Shown in pieces: positions 8,312-12,362 of a DNA stretch of 12,362 nt (its first letter is position 1; each line of letters starts with the position of its first letter). A program made the position numbers and the translations under genes. The DNA comes from Prasinococcaceae sp. CCMP 1430 (lineage: Eukaryota; Plantae; Prasinodermophyta), in contig RQSC01000630.1 in NCBI GenBank assembly GCA_013416795.1, forward strand, positions 231,008 to 243,369, in the 5' to 3' direction. Under the pieces are notes generated by a model. The model had not been told where the DNA came from, did not search any database, and saw only the letters and a list, made by a program, of their open reading frames with translations.

Positions 8312-9033
8312 CCCGCGAGAATATCGCGGCCGGGACTTATCGTCGGGCTCGACGTCGGGCGCGCGCTCGAGGCGCGCGCGCATCGCCCTGAGAATCGAAA
8401 CACCCAGGAAATGATCGGATGCCGGCGCGCGCTGGGCCATCGGCCAGTTGATCGGCGCGACCTCCCCCCAACCAAGCGTCGCGGCCCAAACAGCCAGCCA
8501 CAGCCAGTCCAAAAGAAGCGTGCGCCGGCGCGCAGGCCCGACTGATCTGAACATGTTTCATGGCCGAGGCTGGTCATATTGCACAGGCTGGTGGCTGACC
8601 CCTTCAAAAAATCACCGGGGACTCCCCACCTGGTACCAGAGATCTGAGACGCGCACGGTGATTGGAGGATGGATCGACCCGGGTTGAGCGGACGAATTTG
8701 CGCGGATCCGTGCGGTTTGAATGGGGTTTGACGTGCGGCTGGCCCCGGGGCGCGGCGGGCCGCACGCTCGCGATCCCCGCGCCGGTCTGCGGTGCACTTT
8801 TTGGTGTCTTTGTCGGCTCGCGCTCGCGCGCACGCGAGGGGGGCCCGCGGCCACAGGGCGCGCGCCGCGAGTGCCCCGCGCGCGCGCATCCGCCCGAGAG
8901 CCCCAGCCCCCCGACGCCTGGTGCGTCGGCCGACGCCGCCGTCGCCGCGGCTGACGCCGGCGCCGCTCGCGGACTGCAGCGCCAGAGGGGGCGGGCGGGC
9001 GGGCCGCTCCGACGCGTCGCGGACGGCGGACGG

Positions 9034-10023
9034 ATGGCGCCTTGCGTGGGCGTGCCGCTGTCCTTCCTGGCGCCGGCGCTGCCCGGGGGCGTCGAGGCGC
9101 CGGTGCTCACCGACGCGCAGTACTGCGCGGCCCTGGCCGCCGCGCTGCTGGTTGGTTATGCCGTGCTGCGCGCCGATGTGGACCGCCGGCTCGGAGTGGA
9201 CCACCCGAAGCGCATGTCCGCGCGCTCGTGGTGCCTCACGCTCCTGTGCTCGCCGTTCATGTTCGCCGCAGCAGTGCCAGGGCTCATCTACGCCATCCAG
9301 GAGGACTGGACCGAGGTGCGCCAGCGGGCGCGGGCGAGCGCATGCGAGGGCGCTCGGGGGTGCCACCCTGTCTGAGTAGCCGTGTCGTGCAGGGGATGCC
9401 GCGCACGCGCGAGCTTGCCCCTGCGGCGCACGCGCACGCGCGACCTGTCGGCGCGTTGCACGCAGCGCTGACCAGCGTGCGCCACGCCACGCCCCCGCGC
9501 CGCCGGGCACTCCGCGCCTCGTTAGGAGTGGGCGCACGCCGAGACGCCGCTTAGCCGCGCGACGGTCATGGGGTTCGTGGTGTACCTGTACGTGGACCTC
9601 ATCGTCGGCTTCATTGACTACAGGGAGCAGGTGGACATCGCGAGCGGGTGGATCCATCACATCATGTACATCGGCATGCTGAGCGTGGTGTGCTGGGAGC
9701 ACCTCACGCAAGGCTTCCTGCCATTCCTGCTGGAAGAGCTGTCGACAGTCGTGCTCGCGCTCGGGTTCATGCAATTTTACAGGAACGACTGGCTCACGGG
9801 CGCGGTATTCTTCGCTGTGCGCGTGGCATTCCACGTGTACATGCAGTGGGTGTGGTGGCGGTTCGTCGGTGTGTCCAAGGACCTCGGGTGGTATTACTAC
9901 TTGCTCACCCCAGCCGGCTTCATGAATCTGAACTGGTTCGTGGCGTGGGCGAGGGGGCAGCTCAGGCGCCTGCGAAAGAGCGCGGAGACACGGCGGCTGG
10001 CGGCGCAGGCCAAGGCTGACTAG
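9034..10023 (+). CDS. TLC (TRAM/LAG1/CLN8) domain multi-pass membrane protein, two exons: 9034-9315 and 9526-10023 (~259 aa)
   Basis: ATG at 9034. The spliced product reads ...IQEDWTE|EWAHAETPLSRATVMGFVVYLYVDLIVGFIDYREQVDIASGWIHH...EELSTVVLALG...FFAVRVAFH...MNLNWF. These match the TLC hallmarks Y..D, HH, E.ST, F...R and N..WF. Several hydrophobic helices are present. Confidence 0.82.
9316..9525 (+). other. Spliceosomal GT-AG intron, 210 nt, phase 0
   Basis: Donor GAG|GTGCGC, branch point GCTGAC at 9467-9472, acceptor TTAG at 9522-9525. Removal deletes the in-frame stops (TGA 9373-9375) and fuses two hydrophobic ORFs into one coherent TLC protein. Confidence 0.85.
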
Positions 10024-10426
10024 GGCGCCCGGCGCCAGCGGCTACCCTCGGGCGGCCCACCTGCATAACAACAACAACATACTCTTCACTCCGAACAGCA
10101 CACGGCAAATCCTTACGCGGGCGCGCACGCCGACGCCACCTGCGAAGACCGGAGACCGGAGCGCGCACGCGTGCACGAGACTGGAAAGAACGAAACGTCG
10201 GCCTTTATATTGCCAGCGGGCGCAGGCCGCCTCTGCTCTAAAACACGTACGAGTATCACCTCGGCGCGCTCTGGGTTTTGTGTTTCGTCGATACTGGCTC
10301 GTCCTGTGTTGAGCCGCACCTCTCAAAAAGCAAAAATAAGTGTCCACACTGGTACAGCAGGCAGCCCCGGCGTGCCCTGCTGCGTGAGTTTTCCGGTTTC
10401 CTCCCCCTTGATCCCGCGTGCGCGCC

Positions 10427-12012
10427 TCACCAGTCCCCGAGGGCGGCGGGGTCGAGGGTCGAGAGCGCTGGCTCAGAGACGATGCGACGCATGCCTCCCC
10501 CGCTGAGCCCCAGCGCCGCCCCGTGTCCCAGGAACTGCGCTCCCGACGGCGACGGCGCTTGGAAGTCCAAGTTCGACATGAGCTCATTGTCGTCGTACAG
10601 CCACGTCGAGCACTCGAGCTCGGCCTGGTCGAGATGGTCCAGCAGACCCTCGAACCCACCCTGCTGCTGCTGCTGCTGCTGCATGCCTTCCACAATCGAC
10701 GCCGACGCCTGGCTATGTCCCCAGTCGTACGAGTTATTCCGTGGCATTGACGAATGCTGGCCAGGCAACCTGCCCGCCGACGCCGCGGCGGCCGCAGCCG
10801 ACACGGCGACGTCGAGCCCGACCAGTGGCAGCGCCCCCTTTCGCGGCCGCGTGCCGCTCTTGCTGCCTGACCTGCGCGCGCCGGACGTTTTTGCTCCCCC
10901 TCGCTTGCCATTCGGGGGCTTGGCATCCGCCGGTATCTTCGTCTTGCCCTTGGTGCCCCCCTTGGCGTCCTTCTCTCTGGCCTTGGCCTTGGCCTTCGCC
11001 GCCTCAGCTGCCGCCGCCGCGCTCTCGGGGCTGTTGACCTTGGCGAAGCGCCCCTTGATACGCGGCCGGCTGTCGGCGAGCGTCTTCCGGCAGGCGTAGC
11101 GGATCTTCTTGTGTCCAGAGATGGCCGCCTGCTGCCGCGCGAGCCGCTTCGCGCGATAGCGCGCGAGCCGCGCTTTCCGATTCGCCGCCGCCGTCGGGCT
11201 CTGCGAGTGCGTGATGAATAGGTGAGCGAGGTGGCCGGGCACGTACGGCATGCCGCTCTCCCGTTTCGCCCCGCCCGACTCGCCGCTGCCACCGGCCGAT
11301 GACCTGGCAGCCACGGGCCCCGCCTTGCTCGAGGCTCCGCCGCTGCTGTTGCCACCGTCGCCCGCCCTGGCGATGACGCTGGTCTTGTCATCCACTTGCA
11401 TGCCCGTCACGCCGGCCACGGGCCTCGAGCGGGCGTTGGCTACGCCGCTCTTGGTGTCACCGGCATGACCGCAGAAGCTGATGCTACCGTCGGTATGCGT
11501 GCCGGGCGCGGAGCCCATCTCGGCCCCCGCGCCTCGCCCGCCCGCGCCCGCTGAGGTCACGCCGCTCTTTGTACTGGTGCCGGGCTTCGCGCCAGGCCAC
11601 ATGGCCGGCTGCGCACGCACCGGCGCCTTCGGGAACGTGGCGGCCTCGTTCTCCGGGATGTCCGGCAGCCCCCCGCTGCCACCGCTGGAGGCGCTCACCG
11701 ATGGTACGTTTGCCGGGCCGTCCGCTACGAGCATGATGCCCGCCGCAGCAAGGCGCGTGCGGAGCCCTTCCAGCTGCTCGACGGTCAGAATGGGCGTCTG
11801 GTTTGGCGCGGCGCACGCGCAGCAGGTGAAGCGACCGGACTCGAACGGACTGCCTGCCGCCGCGGAGAACGACGTGCCAGGCCGCACGCGGCATCCGGCG
11901 CACAGGGGCCGGTGGCCCGATGGCCCAGCGCTGACGGGCACGCGCTCGTGGCGCGCCGCGAGCTTGTTCACGCTGTGCACCTGCTTGTCGCACGCCGAGC
12001 AGAGGAACGCGC
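10427..12012 (-). CDS. B-box zinc finger + CCT domain transcription factor (CONSTANS-like/CMF-like), last exon; the 5' exon with the first half of B-box 1 is not visible in the window
   Basis: The exon starts after CAG (12015-12013) with xGC-AFLCSACDKQVHSVNKLAARHERVPV, the second half of a CO-type B-box. A degenerate second Cys cluster lies at 11813-11902. CCT domain RKARLARYRAKR...KKIRYACRKTLADSRPRIKGRFAK at 11039-11179. Stop at 10427-10429. Confidence 0.88.
10661..10681 (-). repeat. (CAG)7 microsatellite encoding poly-Gln in the CCT protein tail
   Basis: (CTG)7 on the plus strand; translated as MQQQQQQQ. Confidence 0.9.
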
Positions 12013-12362
12013 CTGATGGGCGGACCGACGCGTGCGCGCAAAGTTGAGCGTTGCGACGCGCCCGTCGTGGCAGATGTCGTGTGGCGCGGTGGGTGTGGGA
12101 GAGGAGGGGGAGAAGTAGAAGGCAAAGGCGGTCAGCTCAGCGCACAGAATCCTTCGGAGGCAAGCTGCGCGGCGAGCTCCGTCGGCCGGGGCGCCGCGGC
12201 GTGGCACGATGGCACGTCCCGCCCGCAGCATTCTCGCGCGGCACGCGGGTGTGGAGCCGAGCAATCTGCCCGAGGCATGCGCGGCGCGCGCACGCTGCGA
12301 GTGCGGCGAGCGCGCGCAGAGGGTCCGCGACCGCTCGGCGTGGTCGACCGCGCCCCCGCCCT
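12013..12362 (-). other. Intron (3' part) interrupting B-box 1 of the CCT gene; phase 1
   Basis: B-box similarity stops abruptly at the CAG acceptor. On the minus strand GCTGAC (12136-12131) is followed by a pyrimidine tract and no AG until 12014-12013. I could not find the CxxC half of the B-box or a convincing donor in the remaining sequence. Confidence 0.7.

Noticed and set aside
8095-8554. Upstream extension of the 1400-aa PWD ORF (MFRSVGP...)
   Set aside because: It runs through the TTTCGCGC motif cluster and reads like translated promoter DNA (repeated RFSR). It is probably non-coding, although not formally excluded.
9316-9525. Intron as a possible Introner or transposon-derived element
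   Set aside because: No terminal inverted repeats, no convincing target-site duplication, and no sequence similarity to the other introns in the window.
10067-10078. (AAC)4 microsatellite in the TLC 3' UTR
   Set aside because: Too short to be meaningful.
2762-12012. Functional gene cluster linking starch metabolism (PWD), a sugar/photoperiod CCT factor, TLC and TrmJ
   Set aside because: Adjacency in a compact eukaryotic genome is expected by chance. No shared pathway or shared motif is visible, and synteny or co-expression data would be needed.

Overview
Gene-dense, very GC-rich eukaryotic nuclear DNA, most likely from a green alga (prasinophyte-like). The taxon is inferred from the starch dikinase, the B-box/CCT gene, GCTGAC branch-point introns and a TGTAA poly(A)-type signal. 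Five genes: (1) the last exon of a long low-complexity, probably nuclear protein (+, ~152-2590); (2) a SpoU/TrmH-family, TrmJ/LasT-like RNA 2'-O-methyltransferase (+, to 4276); (3) a phosphoglucan, water dikinase (PWD/GWD3 type; -, ends 4352) whose N-terminus shows no recognisable CBM20 but carries a twice-repeated 21-aa motif; (4) a two-exon TLC (TRAM/LAG1/CLN8) membrane protein (+, 9034-10023); (5) a 5'-truncated B-box + CCT transcription factor (-, ends 10427) with an unusual architecture. A cluster of TTTCGCGC (E2F-type) motifs, including a perfect inverted pair, lies upstream of PWD. I see no mobile element, CRISPR array or RNA gene, and no clear multi-gene system. The novelty candidates are at the level of protein architecture and regulation. 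Most other ORFs in the track are GC-bias shadows.
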